From: Myxococcota bacterium
Lineage (GTDB): Bacteria; Myxococcota_A; Polyangia; Polyangiales; Sandaracinaceae
Length of the DNA: 64,000 nucleotides
Direction of reading: 5' to 3'
NCBI GenBank assembly: GCA_036149055.1
Contig: JAYZQJ010000019.1
Span: 13,322-77,321 of the forward strand
Part shown: in pieces, positions 1 through 10,074 of the stretch
How positions within the stretch are numbered: position 1 is the first letter of the stretch
How the letters are laid out: every line of letters starts with the position of its first letter
Translations under genes and position numbers: made by a program
Notes under the pieces: generated by a model
Told to the model about the DNA's origin: nothing
Databases searched by the model: none
Seen by the model: only the letters and a program-made list of their open reading frames with translations

Positions 1-757
1 CGAACTGGCCCGCGATCGCCTGCATGTTGGTGCAGTCCGGGTTCATCCGGAAGAGCTTCACGTCGTTGACCGGCCCGAGGTGCTCCCAGCGGCTGAAGCC
101 GATGGTGCCGTCCTGGAGCAGGAACGGGGTCGCGGTGTGCGACAGGTTCTGCGAGCAGAGGCGGCGGTCGGCGTCGCCGGCGGCGATGCTGACGGTCGCG
201 ATCTGCGTGACCACGCGGCTGTGGTTGTACTCGTCGGCCCGGGTGCCCATCGGCGTGTAGGGCTCGTTGGTCACGAAGGCGATGCGGTCGCCCGGCATGA
301 ACATCGGCTTGACGTCGTGGTAGTCGCCGAAGGTGATCTGCCGGATGGCGGCGTCGCCCTCGAGGTTGGCGAGGTAGACGTGGTAGCGGTTGTCGCCCGC
401 GTGCCGCATCGAGAAGACGACCTGGGTGGCGTCGAAGCTGATGTCGACGCCGTTGATGTCGACCCCCTCGAAGCCGCCCTCGGCCGTCAGGTCGCGGAGC
501 TCACCGTCCGGGGTGGGCGGCGAGAGCACCATCAGGCCGCCACCGGGCTGGTAGCGGAGGTAGTCGATCGTCTGGCCGTTGCCGCCCAGCACGTTGTGCG
601 AGCCGTCGTCGCGCTCGAACGCCCGGGAGACGAACACCAGCGCCTCCACGTTCGGCACCACGCTGTCGGTCGGGCCCGATCCGCAACCGGCGAGCCCGAA
701 GGCGGCCGTGACGGCCGCCAGCAACGCCGTCCCACCCTTTGAAATCCATCGCATCAT
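1..757 (-). CDS. Partial lipoprotein with TolB/PD40-like propeller, HzsA-related (hydrazine synthase alpha-like) family; runs off the window edge
   Basis: Hand translation from ATG 757: MMRWISKGGTALLAAVTAAFGLAGC (lipobox), then DISFDATQVVFSMR, QITFGDYHDVKPMFMPGDRIAFVTN, DGTIGFSRWEH; no stop before the edge; absent from the ORF track. Confidence 0.75.
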   Translation of the reverse strand, partial: MMRWISKGGTALLAAVTAAFGLAGCGSGPTDSVVPNVEALVFVSRAFERDDGSHNVLGGNGQTIDYLRYQPGGGLMVLSPPTPDGELRDLTAEGGFEGVDINGVDISFDATQVVFSMRHAGDNRYHVYLANLEGDAAIRQITFGDYHDVKPMFMPGDRIAFVTNEPYTPMGTRADEYNHSRVVTQIATVSIAAGDADRRLCSQNLSHTATPFLLQDGTIGFSRWEHLGPVNDVKLFRMNPDCTNMQAIAGQF

Positions 758-1033
758 TCGCGCCTCCAGCACAGGTCCTCGGCCCCGCACTGTGCAGAGA
801 TCGATCCATGGGGTGTGGCGCCACGTTTTGCGGCGAATGGCGGCATTTCGGGCGGTTCTCGGGGTGCCCGGCCCCCTCTCCATCCGGCGAGATGGGGGCC
901 TCGACCCCCAAAGCGAGCCCGAGGACCGCCGACCTCGGACGGGGAGCACCGAACGCTCCGCCCCGCGGCTCGGTGACGGCTTCTCCCCCAGGGCTTGCAC
1001 CGGCCCCGAGGTTGCAGCACTAAAACGGTCAGC

Positions 1034-2362
1034 ATGAACCCGCGCTCCATTCGCCGTTTTGTCCCCGCGCTGGCTGGCGCGGGCTTCGTGTGGCTCTTCA
1101 CTCGCCCCGCGCGCGCGGACTGGCTGAGCGATCTGGCCGCGCCGTTCGAGAACGCGCTGGAGTCCGGCAGCTGGGGCCTCGCGCTGGCCCTGGTCTACGC
1201 CGCCGGGTTCGTGACCTCGCTGACGCCCTGCGTGTACCCGATGACGGCCATCACGGTGAGCGTCTTCGGGGCCAGCTCGGCGAAGACGAAGATGCACGCC
1301 GCCGGCCTCTCGACGATGTGGCTGCTGGGCATGGCCTCGCTCTTCGTGCCCCTCGGGTTCCTCGCCGCCTGGGCCGGCCCGGCGCTGCTGACCAACCCGT
1401 GGGTCTGGACCGGCTTCGCGGTCATGCTCTTCGTGCTGTCGCTCGGCATGTTCGGCGCGTTCGAGCTCAGCCTGCCGCCCTCGGTCCAGAACAAGCTCGC
1501 CCAGATGGGCGGCCTCGGCCCGAAGGGGGCCTTCGTGCTCGGCCTGGTGGGCGCGCTCATCGCGAGCCCCTGCACCGGCCCGGTGCTCGGCGGCCTGCTG
1601 ACCTGGATCGCCACCACCGGGAACGCGACCTTCGGCGGCCTCGCGCTCTTCGTGTTCGCGTTGGGGGTCGGAACCCTCACCTGGACGGTCGGCACCTTCG
1701 CGGTCTCGCTGCCGAAGTCGGGCGCCTGGATGGAGTCGGTCAAGAGCGTGCTGGGCATCATCCTGGTCGCGACCGGCCTCTTCTTCCTGGTGAACAACGC
1801 CTTCCCGGCGCTCGGCGACTTCGTGCTCCGGACGCCCACCTGGCTCGGGCTCGGCGCCGGCCTCCTGCTGGTGGGCCTCGCCATCGGCGCGGTGCACCTG
1901 AGCTTCCACGGCGCGAGCAAGGCGACCTTCGCCCGCAAGGCCCTCGGCCTCGCGATGGCGTCGGCGGGCGCGATCTTCCTCGTCCTCTGGGTCAACGCTC
2001 CGCCGGAGGGCGCCGAGATCGCCTGGATGAACGACTACGAGGCCGCGCGCGAGCTGGCGCGGAGCGAGAACAAGCCGCTGCTCGTCGACTTCGGGGCCAG
2101 CTGGTGCGGGGCCTGCGAGGAGCTCGAGCGCCACACCTTCCGCGACCCGCGGGTGGTCGCGGCGGCCGACGGCTTCGTGCCGGTCCGGGTGGACCTGAGC
2201 CCCGGCGAGGACGTCGAGACCGGGCGCCGGATCCTGGCCGAGTACGATCAGCGCGGCCTGCCGCTCGTGGTCCTGCATCACTCGGACGGCGAGGAGGCGG
2301 GCCGGGTGACGAGCTTCGTCGAGGCGGAACGGATGCTGCAGCTGATGCGTGAGGTACGCTGA
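1034..2362 (+). CDS. dsbD: DsbD/CcdA-like thiol:disulfide interchange membrane protein with C-terminal thioredoxin domain
   Basis: SLTPCVYPM and ASPCTGP transmembrane Cys motifs, multiple TM helices, C-terminal DFGASWCGAC. Confidence 0.85.
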   Translation: MNPRSIRRFVPALAGAGFVWLFTRPARADWLSDLAAPFENALESGSWGLALALVYAAGFVTSLTPCVYPMTAITVSVFGASSAKTKMHAAGLSTMWLLGMASLFVPLGFLAAWAGPALLTNPWVWTGFAVMLFVLSLGMFGAFELSLPPSVQNKLAQMGGLGPKGAFVLGLVGALIASPCTGPVLGGLLTWIATTGNATFGGLALFVFALGVGTLTWTVGTFAVSLPKSGAWMESVKSVLGIILVATGLFFLVNNAFPALGDFVLRTPTWLGLGAGLLLVGLAIGAVHLSFHGASKATFARKALGLAMASAGAIFLVLWVNAPPEGAEIAWMNDYEAARELARSENKPLLVDFGASWCGACEELERHTFRDPRVVAAADGFVPVRVDLSPGEDVETGRRILAEYDQRGLPLVVLHHSDGEEAGRVTSFVEAERMLQLMREVR

Positions 2363-2396
2363 GCTGGCACACGCCGGCACGGGAGAGCCCCTCCGC

Positions 2397-2924
2397 ATGA
2401 AGCCCCTCCGCTCGTTCGCTTTCGTCCTGGTCGCGCTCCTGATGCACGGCTGCCCGCCGCCCGATCCGGCGCCGGACGGGAGCGTGGGCGGAGACGACGC
2501 GGGAGGCGATTCCGGCGTCTATGTCGGCGACCCGCGCCTCGAGCTCGGCACCGGAGAGGGCCGCTTCGACACCTTCGAGGACGGCGAGACCCTCGACCTG
2601 GTGAGCGGCTGCCAGGGGGCCCAGCACGTCTGGGTCGCGATGCGCGCGTGGGGCATCGATCGGCGCGGGCCGATCATCGACGTGGAGCTGATCCGCGACT
2701 CGGACGGCGAGCGGGTCAGCCAGGTGTTCCGGGTGCGGGTGAGCTTCGACGACGTCGGCGAGGAGTACGTCGACGTGTTCGGCCTGACCCTCGTGGTCCC
2801 GGAGCCGGACACCGCGATCGGCGAGGACCTGACGCTGAGAGCCACGGTCACCGACCGGAACGAGACGACGGTCATGGACGAGCGCCCCATCCGCATCGAG
2901 TGGGGCGAGGGCGGCTGCGGCTGA
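2397..2924 (+). CDS. Hypothetical lipoprotein
   Basis: Signal peptide ending LMHGC; GCQGAQHVWV motif; acidic composition. Confidence 0.7.
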   Translation: MKPLRSFAFVLVALLMHGCPPPDPAPDGSVGGDDAGGDSGVYVGDPRLELGTGEGRFDTFEDGETLDLVSGCQGAQHVWVAMRAWGIDRRGPIIDVELIRDSDGERVSQVFRVRVSFDDVGEEYVDVFGLTLVVPEPDTAIGEDLTLRATVTDRNETTVMDERPIRIEWGEGGCG

Positions 2925-2965
2925 TGCCCCTGGCGCCGCGGGGACCGGCGCCGTAGAGACCTGCC

Positions 2966-3895
2966 GTGCCCGTCTTTCTCTACATCCCGTGGTGGAAGCC
3001 CGAGCCGGTGCGGATCCCGGTGCCGGACGTCGCGCGGGAGTGGTTCCCGTCGCTCGCCGACCACGTGCCGGTGCACGCCTTCGGCATGCTCGTGGCGCTG
3101 GGGGTCGTCATCGGCGCCTGGGTCGCGGCCGAGAAGGCCAAACGCGACGGCATGCACCCGAGCGTGATGAACGAGCTGGCCGGCCACATGTTCATCGGCG
3201 GCTTCGTGCTCGGCCACGTGCTCGACGCGATCTTCTATCACTGGGACGTCGTCGAGCAGAACCCGTGGTTCCTGCTCGAGCTGCCGAACGGGCTGTCGAG
3301 CTTCGGCGGGTTCGTCGGCGCGGTGGTCGGGGCGCTGATCTGGAAACTCCGCCGCGGCCACTCGATCCTCGCCTTCGGAGACATGGGCGCCTTCGCCTTC
3401 CCCTTCGCGTGGTTCTTCGGCCGCCTCGGCTGCTTCACCGCGCACGACCACCCGGGCCGGGTGACGGACTTCTTCCTGGGGGTCGAGGGCTACCAGGTGT
3501 ACGGGGGCACGCCGCCCTGGCAGGTGCGCCACGACCTCGGGCTCTACGAGGTGTTCTGGTGCCTCGCGATGATGCCGCTCGTGCTCTGGCTCGGGCGGAA
3601 GAAGCGGCGGCACGGCTTCTACCTCGCGCTCGTCCCGATCCTCTACGCGCCGGTCCGCTTCGGGCTCGACTTCCTGCGCGCGACCGACATCCAGACCGCC
3701 GACCCGCGCCCGATCGCGGGCCTGACGCCCGGGCACTTCGGCGCGGTGATGCTCCTGCTCGCCGGGCTCGGCGTCGCCGCCCGGGTGCTGAAGGGGCCGA
3801 AGCCGTCCATCGCCGCCGACGCGAGGTGGCCCGAGCCGATCCCGACCCCGGACGCGTCGGACAGCCCGGATGCGCCAGCGGAGTCGGAAGCCTGA
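2966..3895 (+). CDS. lgt: Prolipoprotein diacylglyceryl transferase
   Basis: GLSSFGGFVG, FGRLGCF, RHDLGLYE and RFGLDFLR motifs; multi-TM. Confidence 0.85.
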   Translation: MPVFLYIPWWKPEPVRIPVPDVAREWFPSLADHVPVHAFGMLVALGVVIGAWVAAEKAKRDGMHPSVMNELAGHMFIGGFVLGHVLDAIFYHWDVVEQNPWFLLELPNGLSSFGGFVGAVVGALIWKLRRGHSILAFGDMGAFAFPFAWFFGRLGCFTAHDHPGRVTDFFLGVEGYQVYGGTPPWQVRHDLGLYEVFWCLAMMPLVLWLGRKKRRHGFYLALVPILYAPVRFGLDFLRATDIQTADPRPIAGLTPGHFGAVMLLLAGLGVAARVLKGPKPSIAADARWPEPIPTPDASDSPDAPAESEA

Positions 3896-3947
3896 ATCTC
3901 CGGGGCGGGGGGTGGAAGCGGCCCCGCGTCGCCGTATCTTGTTCTGG

Positions 3948-5267
3948 ATGCTGCGCGCGCGACCGATCGTCGCCACGGTGCTCCTCTCGGTGGGGGCGCA
4001 CCTGGCCGTCGCGATCCTGCTGCTCCGCCTCCCGAGCGCGGCCGCGCAGCGCGCCGAGCGTCTCCCGCCCTACGAGGTGGAGGTCGATCCGGTGGGCCAC
4101 CCCGAGGGGACGCCGGGCGCGGTGGCCCGAGGGCAGTCGGCGCGGGACCACGATCGGGCGACGCCCGGCGGCGTCCGGAGCGCCCAGAACATCGACGCGG
4201 CCGACCGCGGCGAGGGCGGTGACGCGACCGGCCCGACCGAGGGCATCCTTCTGATGCAGCGGGACGAGGGCATCGTCCTGTTCGACTCGCCGCTCAACAA
4301 CCTCGCGGCGATGCAGAGCCAGCGCATCCGGACCGCGCGGGACCGGGCCACCCTCGAGCGACGCCGCGCCACCCCGAGCCCGCACGACGCCGTCTTCCTC
4401 GCCTCGGGCGACGGGCGCCACCGGGAGCGCCGGCCGGTCAGCCGGACGGACGCCGCCGAGGGCGCGCGCCAGGCGCCGACCGCCAGCGTCGAGGGCGCCC
4501 TGCCCTCCCGGGCCCGGACCGGCGCGGCCGCGGCGGAGCGCGGCGTGGCGGAGGGCGGCAGCCGCCCCCGGGTCCCGGCGCGCGCGTCGGCGAGCGGCGC
4601 CGAGCGGGGCGCCCAGGCGAGCCCCGGCGTCGGCATCCTCGGCGGCCGCGGCGCGCGTCACAGCGAGGCCGCGGACGTCGCCCACGCTCGGCCGTCCATC
4701 GACGAGGGGCCCGCGGCCACGCAGTCGGATCGACAGAGCCCGCGGGTGCGCGACGACGCGAGCTCCGAGCTGCTCGCCGGCGACCTGATCCAGAGCTGGG
4801 TCGAGTCGACGGTGCGCACCGCGCGGCGCGAGGGGAGCGGGAGCGGCGGGACCGGCGGCGGGGGCGCGGCCGGGGTCGGCGGCGGGCAGCGCGAGGGCGG
4901 ACGGGCCGCGAGCCACGGGCCCGGCGACGGACGCTACGCCGCGCTCGACACGAGCGACGCGCGCTACCGCCACTGGTTCACGCGCAACCGCCGCCGTGTG
5001 CACGACGCCTTGCGCTTCCCGCGGGAGCGGGCGCTGGCGATGGACCAGGGCGTCTCGATCTACGACGTGCGGGTGCGCCGCGACGGAACCCTCGCCCGGG
5101 CGCCCCGGCTCGTGCGCTCGAGCGGCTACGACGACCTCGACCGCGCGGCCCTCGCGGCCATCCGGGCGGCCACGCCCTTCTCTCCCCTGCCCGACGATCT
5201 CGCGCCGAGCCTCGATCTGCTGCCCCTGCGCCTCGACATCGAGTTCTCGAACCCGATGGTGCGCTGA
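3948..5267 (+). CDS. TonB/TolA C-terminal domain protein
   Basis: N-terminal TM (LLSVGAHLAV), low-complexity linker, C-terminal FP..A...QG..VRVRRDG..RSSGYDDLDRAALAAIRAATPF. Confidence 0.75.
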   Translation: MLRARPIVATVLLSVGAHLAVAILLLRLPSAAAQRAERLPPYEVEVDPVGHPEGTPGAVARGQSARDHDRATPGGVRSAQNIDAADRGEGGDATGPTEGILLMQRDEGIVLFDSPLNNLAAMQSQRIRTARDRATLERRRATPSPHDAVFLASGDGRHRERRPVSRTDAAEGARQAPTASVEGALPSRARTGAAAAERGVAEGGSRPRVPARASASGAERGAQASPGVGILGGRGARHSEAADVAHARPSIDEGPAATQSDRQSPRVRDDASSELLAGDLIQSWVESTVRTARREGSGSGGTGGGGAAGVGGGQREGGRAASHGPGDGRYAALDTSDARYRHWFTRNRRRVHDALRFPRERALAMDQGVSIYDVRVRRDGTLARAPRLVRSSGYDDLDRAALAAIRAATPFSPLPDDLAPSLDLLPLRLDIEFSNPMVR

Positions 5268-5291
5268 GCCTCCTCGACCTACAACCGAGGC

Positions 5292-5576
5292 ATGGACCGC
5301 GACGCCCTCCGGCGCTTCGTCGACTCCCCCCACCGCACCTTCCGGTGGAAGGAGCGCGCCGACGACCCCGACCACTACCGCGCCGTCGAGACCGGCGACG
5401 ACGGCCTCCGCTGGTACGCGTGGAGCCACCTCCCGGGCGAGGACGGCCCCCACGACGAGGTGCGGCAGACCTTCGAGGACTTCGAGGCCAAAGGCCCGCC
5501 CTGGGACATCCCGGTGGAGACGCACTCGGCGCTCCACAAGTGGCTGCTCAGCTACCTCCGCGACCGGCGGCGCTGA
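5292..5576 (+). CDS. Small hypothetical protein
   Basis: 94-aa ORF filling the gap, GC3-biased codons. Confidence 0.6.
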   Translation: MDRDALRRFVDSPHRTFRWKERADDPDHYRAVETGDDGLRWYAWSHLPGEDGPHDEVRQTFEDFEAKGPPWDIPVETHSALHKWLLSYLRDRRR

Positions 5577-8072
5577 TCACGGCACGCAGACGAAGCGGCT
5601 CGTGCCGCCCAGCGTCGGGCGGAACTCGCAGCTGTAGCCCTCGGCGTCGCGGCACGGGGTCGAGACGCAGCTCAGCGCGCAGACGTTGATGCCGCCCTCG
5701 GCGACGCAGTAGGTCCCGCTCTCGCAGTCCGCGTTGCTGCTGCAGCCGGCGCGCGCGCAGTAGCCGCCCATCCAGGGCACGCAGGTGCGCTGCCCGCCGC
5801 ACTGGGTGAAGTCGGAGCACCGGTCCCCGTTGGCGCCGGAGCCTCGCGCGGCGCAGCCCCGCCCGTTGAGCGTCCACTTGCACGCCTCGCTCGAGCGGCA
5901 GTCGGTGTTGCTCGTGCACGTGAGCCCGCAGTGCCGCGCCGCCGGGATGGGGCCGGCGTCGAGGCAGGCGTGCGCGCCCGGGCAGTCGGTGTCGGACATG
6001 CAGCGGTCGTCCACGCAGGTGCCGTCGCAGACGGTGCCGGTCGGACAGTCCGCGGTGCTGCCGCAGCCGGTGCCGGTCGAGCGGCGGATCTCGCCGAGGT
6101 AGGTGTTGCCGCCGCCGAAGACGTAGACGCGCAGGGCGTAGGTCCCGGCCGCGGACACGTCGGCGGCCACCGACTCGTCGTCGGTCACGCTCCCGCCGGT
6201 GGCGAGGCGCACACCCGCCGGGTCGTAGAGCGCGATGTCGATGTCGCCGTCCGCGTCGACGAAGACGACGTCCGCCTCGATGCGCCCCGGCCCGCTCATC
6301 GGGATGGCGATCCAGTCGTCGTCGCCCGAGCACACGGTGCCGTCGAAGGCGGCGACCGCCGGCGAGCCGCTGCCGAAGGAGACGCTCCGCGCGGTGGCGC
6401 GGGTGTCGTCGTCCTCGAAGCGGTCGTCGGTGCAGCAGCCGCCGGGATCCGGTGAGACCGCGGCGCTCAGGGAGTAGGTGTTCTCGTCCCCGCCGTAGCC
6501 GAAGACCCGCGCGTACAGAGTCGTGGCCGAGGACGCGTTGCAGTACTCCACCTCCTCGGTGTTCGAGATGCCCGCGCTCGTGTCGACGATGGTGCCGCCG
6601 CCGTCGCTCAGCTCGAGGTCGAGGTCGCCGCTGCTGCTCGTGAAGTCCACGCTCACGGTGATGCGGTCGCCGCGACCGACCGAGAACGAGAAGAAGTCGG
6701 AATTGCCCGCGCAGATCTGACCATCGGAGACGGCCGAGGAGTACGGGGTGGCGCTCCCGCTGGAGTCGTCCGGCTCGCGGCCGTCGTCGGTGCAGGTCCC
6801 GCCGCCGCCCCCGCCGCAGACCTCGCGGGTGGGTCCGCAGCCGGCGCGCGCCCCGCCCTCGGTGGTCACGGTGGCGCCGCAGGAGCCGCCCATGTCGCAG
6901 CTGCCGTCGCCGGAGCAGGACTCGACGCAGCGCCCGCCCGACGCGGTGGCGGCGCAGATGCCCGACTCGCACTCGGTCGAGGCCGCGCAGAGCTCGCAGT
7001 TCCGGAGGCTGCCGTCGGGCGGCATGCCGCCCACCGCGAAGAAGGAGGTCACCGTGGTGTCGGTGCGGTGATCGCAGATGCTGCCCGAGGGGTCGTCGTT
7101 GTCGGTCGCGCTGACCAGGAAGAACACCTCCTGCATCTCGCCCTCGTCGAGGCCGAGGCTCGGGATGCGGGCCAGGAAGTCGTCGCCCTCGGTCGCCTCG
7201 AAGGTGACCTGCTCGAAGGTGGTCACGTCCGGCTTGGTCGGGTCGTCGGGCGCGGTCAGGCTGTAATAGAGGAGCGGCGGATCGCGCAGCCCCATGTCGT
7301 CGGTGACCGTCACCTCCACCGGGTAGGTGGTGCCGCTGGTGACCGCCTCCATCGCCCGCGGCGCGCGCACCGTCACCACCGGATCGGCGCCGGGGCAGCC
7401 GTCCTTCGGGCCCGAGCGCAGCACCACGATGTAGTCGTGCTCGACCCGCGGGTGCTCGCCGTCGTCGGCGAAGAGCTGCACGGTCCAGCGCTCGGCGCTC
7501 GCGACCTGATCGGGGGTCGGGCACCAGTCGAAGGTCGCCCGCTTCGGGCCCTCGTTGGCCAGCGTCGCGCGCTCGGGCAGGGTGCCCCGCGAGCCGATCT
7601 CCACCGTGGCCGAGTCGTCGTCCCGCACCTCGACGTCGAAGGTGACGCAGGGCTCGCGCTCGAGGTCGTAGGTGCCGCCCGCGCCGGGGCGCACGAAGAC
7701 CGGGGCCGCGTCCTCCGAGGGCAGCACCTCGACGGTGACCGTGAGCCGGTCGTACTCGCCCGAGCCGCCGTCGGTGAGCACGAAGGTCAGGTCGTGGCGA
7801 CCCGACTGGCTCGAGAGCGGCGCCCAGCGGAACAGCGCGCCGCCGGGCTCGGTGCTCAGCGAGTGCACGCGATCGAAGCTCGGGAGCATCGGATCCTCGA
7901 CCCGCACCGCGACCGCCCGGCCCTCCGGGTTGTCGATGCCGAGCGTGAGGCGCAGCTCCTCGTTGACGCGCACGGTCTGATCCGAGACCGGCTGGAAGGT
8001 CGGGCCGCTGCCGGAGGCGCAGGCGGCAAAGAGGAGCAAAGAGGCGAGAATCCAAGGCTGAGCGCGTCGCAT
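5577..8072 (-). CDS. Lipoprotein with Ig-like, two PPC (pre-peptidase C-terminal) and Cys-rich domains
   Basis: Lipobox FAAC; GDLDLEL..EEV and GDIDIALYD..DESV PPC-type repeats; C-terminal Cys-rich repeats. Confidence 0.75.
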   Translation of the reverse strand: MRRAQPWILASLLLFAACASGSGPTFQPVSDQTVRVNEELRLTLGIDNPEGRAVAVRVEDPMLPSFDRVHSLSTEPGGALFRWAPLSSQSGRHDLTFVLTDGGSGEYDRLTVTVEVLPSEDAAPVFVRPGAGGTYDLEREPCVTFDVEVRDDDSATVEIGSRGTLPERATLANEGPKRATFDWCPTPDQVASAERWTVQLFADDGEHPRVEHDYIVVLRSGPKDGCPGADPVVTVRAPRAMEAVTSGTTYPVEVTVTDDMGLRDPPLLYYSLTAPDDPTKPDVTTFEQVTFEATEGDDFLARIPSLGLDEGEMQEVFFLVSATDNDDPSGSICDHRTDTTVTSFFAVGGMPPDGSLRNCELCAASTECESGICAATASGGRCVESCSGDGSCDMGGSCGATVTTEGGARAGCGPTREVCGGGGGGTCTDDGREPDDSSGSATPYSSAVSDGQICAGNSDFFSFSVGRGDRITVSVDFTSSSGDLDLELSDGGGTIVDTSAGISNTEEVEYCNASSATTLYARVFGYGGDENTYSLSAAVSPDPGGCCTDDRFEDDDTRATARSVSFGSGSPAVAAFDGTVCSGDDDWIAIPMSGPGRIEADVVFVDADGDIDIALYDPAGVRLATGGSVTDDESVAADVSAAGTYALRVYVFGGGNTYLGEIRRSTGTGCGSTADCPTGTVCDGTCVDDRCMSDTDCPGAHACLDAGPIPAARHCGLTCTSNTDCRSSEACKWTLNGRGCAARGSGANGDRCSDFTQCGGQRTCVPWMGGYCARAGCSSNADCESGTYCVAEGGINVCALSCVSTPCRDAEGYSCEFRPTLGGTSRFVCVP

Positions 8073-8144
8073 GCGGGGGCCAGGATACCCCGGCCGGGCG
8101 CGGCGCTCCATGCGGGCCCTCCGGGTTCGGCGTAGAATGGCGGC

Positions 8145-10001
8145 GTGACTGCTTGGCTTCGCGCGGGGGGGCTCGCGCTATGGGTGGCGATGATCGGCTG
8201 CGACAACCAGCTGCCGACCTCGGACGCCGGCCCGGACGAGCGCCCCGAGATCCTGGAGCTCCGAGCGCCCGACCCGGCGGTCGAGGGCTCCCTCATCGAG
8301 GTCCGCGGCCTCGGCTTCGACGACCTCGGCGCCGACCCTCGCCTCACCATCGACAGCGGCGGCGTCAACGCGGGCACGCTCTTCGGCATGCCGGACGACG
8401 TGGACGGCCGCCTGCTGTTCACCCTGGGGGGCGACGTGGTCGCCGCGCTCGGCTCCGGCGAGCACACCGTCACCGTGCGGCTCATGGGCGCGGGCGTGAG
8501 CTCGGAGCCGTTCATCGCCGACCTGCGGGTGGCCGCCAGCCTCCCCGTCGATCTGCTCGAGGTGCCGACCGGCGAGGCCCACCGGAACGACGTCGCGGTG
8601 CTGGTGGGCGACGGCATCGTCGGGCCCACCGAAGGCGAGCTGACGGCGCGCTTCGAGGGGACCTACACCTTCGACGAAGGCGGCTCGCGGCCGGTGGCCG
8701 TCTCGCTCCCGGTCGCGCCGCTCGAGCGCTTCGACCGCTCGCGCGGCGTCGTCGTGCTGACCACCGACCTCGGCGGCCTCGCCCCCGGCACCTTCGACGG
8801 CACCATCGCGCTCGAGTCGCGCCTCGTCTCGGGGGAGCGGAGCGAGTCCACGGCGCTGCCCGCCTCCCTCCACTTCAACCCGCCGGAGCTGTTCAGCCTC
8901 GATCCGGCGCAGGGACACCTCGGTCAGCTGCTGAGCGTGCGCGGCGCGGGCTTCCTCGGCGGCCGGGACCGCCCCGACGAGACGACGCTGATCCGGCTCA
9001 CCGGGCGCTTCACCCCGGAGGGCGGCGGCCCGGAGCCCTTCTCGGGCGAGATCGTGCCGGAGTACGTCTCGGGCAGCGAGGTCCTCTTCTTCATCGAGCC
9101 CGAGGTCCGGAGCGACGCCCTGGTCGCGAGCCTCTTCGGCCACGCGCGCGGCGCCTTCGAGGGGACGGCGACGCCGATCACCATCGACGGCACGGAGGAG
9201 CTCGAGGGGACGACGATCCCGTTCGGCTTCGAGCTCGTGGGCGCCCGGCAGGTGGTCTTCGTGCGCTTCTTGCCGGGCTTCTACGACAGCCTGCGCCGCT
9301 TCGGGCTGCACCGCGTCTCCGACGAGGTCGAGATGGTGGTGCAGAGCCGCATGCGCGAGATCTACGAGGACTGGCGCGTGGACATCCGGTTCGAGGAGCC
9401 GGACGACCAGTCGCGGGTCGCCTACTCCATCCTCGAGATCGGCGGCCCCGACCCGAACGGGGTCGGCCTCTTCGGCTACGACAACACGCCGGGCAAGGAC
9501 GTGGGCAACCTGCGCCTCTTCGACGCGATCGGCGGCGCCAACGCCGAGACCCAGGCCGACGGCTACCCGGGCTACGGCGGCGTCTTCGTCGAGTCGTTCC
9601 TCTACTGGTCCGAGAACCCGGACCTCGGCGACGAGCGCCCGGCGGGCTCCCCCGACCCCGACCCTCTCTTCGACGAGATCTTCGCTCCGGTGCGCGGCCG
9701 GCCCGCCACCCGCGCCGAGGGCGTCGGCGACGGGGACCCCGAGCGGGTGGCCGCGGTGCGGCGCGCGATCGACGCGCTCGGCTCGATCGTCGGCGAGACC
9801 GCCTCCCACGAGCTCGGCCACAGCCTCGGCATGGCCCAGCCCTACGGGCCGCCGACCGTCTATCACAACGACTTCGACGGCGACGGCTGCCTCATGGACT
9901 CGGGCGGCGACCGCCCGCTCGGCGAGCGCATGGATCTGCCGGGCTACGAGCGGACCCACTTCTGCTACGACCACCCGAGCTACCTCGACGAGATCTTGTA
10001 G
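8145..10001 (+). CDS. Lipoprotein with Ig/IPT-like domains and C-terminal zinc metallopeptidase motif
   Basis: Lipobox MIGC; SHELGHSLGM (HExxH) and downstream CLMD Met-turn-like motif. Confidence 0.7.
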   Translation: MTAWLRAGGLALWVAMIGCDNQLPTSDAGPDERPEILELRAPDPAVEGSLIEVRGLGFDDLGADPRLTIDSGGVNAGTLFGMPDDVDGRLLFTLGGDVVAALGSGEHTVTVRLMGAGVSSEPFIADLRVAASLPVDLLEVPTGEAHRNDVAVLVGDGIVGPTEGELTARFEGTYTFDEGGSRPVAVSLPVAPLERFDRSRGVVVLTTDLGGLAPGTFDGTIALESRLVSGERSESTALPASLHFNPPELFSLDPAQGHLGQLLSVRGAGFLGGRDRPDETTLIRLTGRFTPEGGGPEPFSGEIVPEYVSGSEVLFFIEPEVRSDALVASLFGHARGAFEGTATPITIDGTEELEGTTIPFGFELVGARQVVFVRFLPGFYDSLRRFGLHRVSDEVEMVVQSRMREIYEDWRVDIRFEEPDDQSRVAYSILEIGGPDPNGVGLFGYDNTPGKDVGNLRLFDAIGGANAETQADGYPGYGGVFVESFLYWSENPDLGDERPAGSPDPDPLFDEIFAPVRGRPATRAEGVGDGDPERVAAVRRAIDALGSIVGETASHELGHSLGMAQPYGPPTVYHNDFDGDGCLMDSGGDRPLGERMDLPGYERTHFCYDHPSYLDEIL

Positions 10002-10074
10002 CTGGCGCGGCTGCAGCGAGGGACCCAGGCTGCCGGTGTAACGTCGACGCACCCCGTCGGCTCGCTTGGGAGAC

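Noticed and set aside
1..757. Anammox metabolism
   Set aside because: A lone partial HzsA-like gene in a myxobacterial-type context does not indicate hydrazine synthesis
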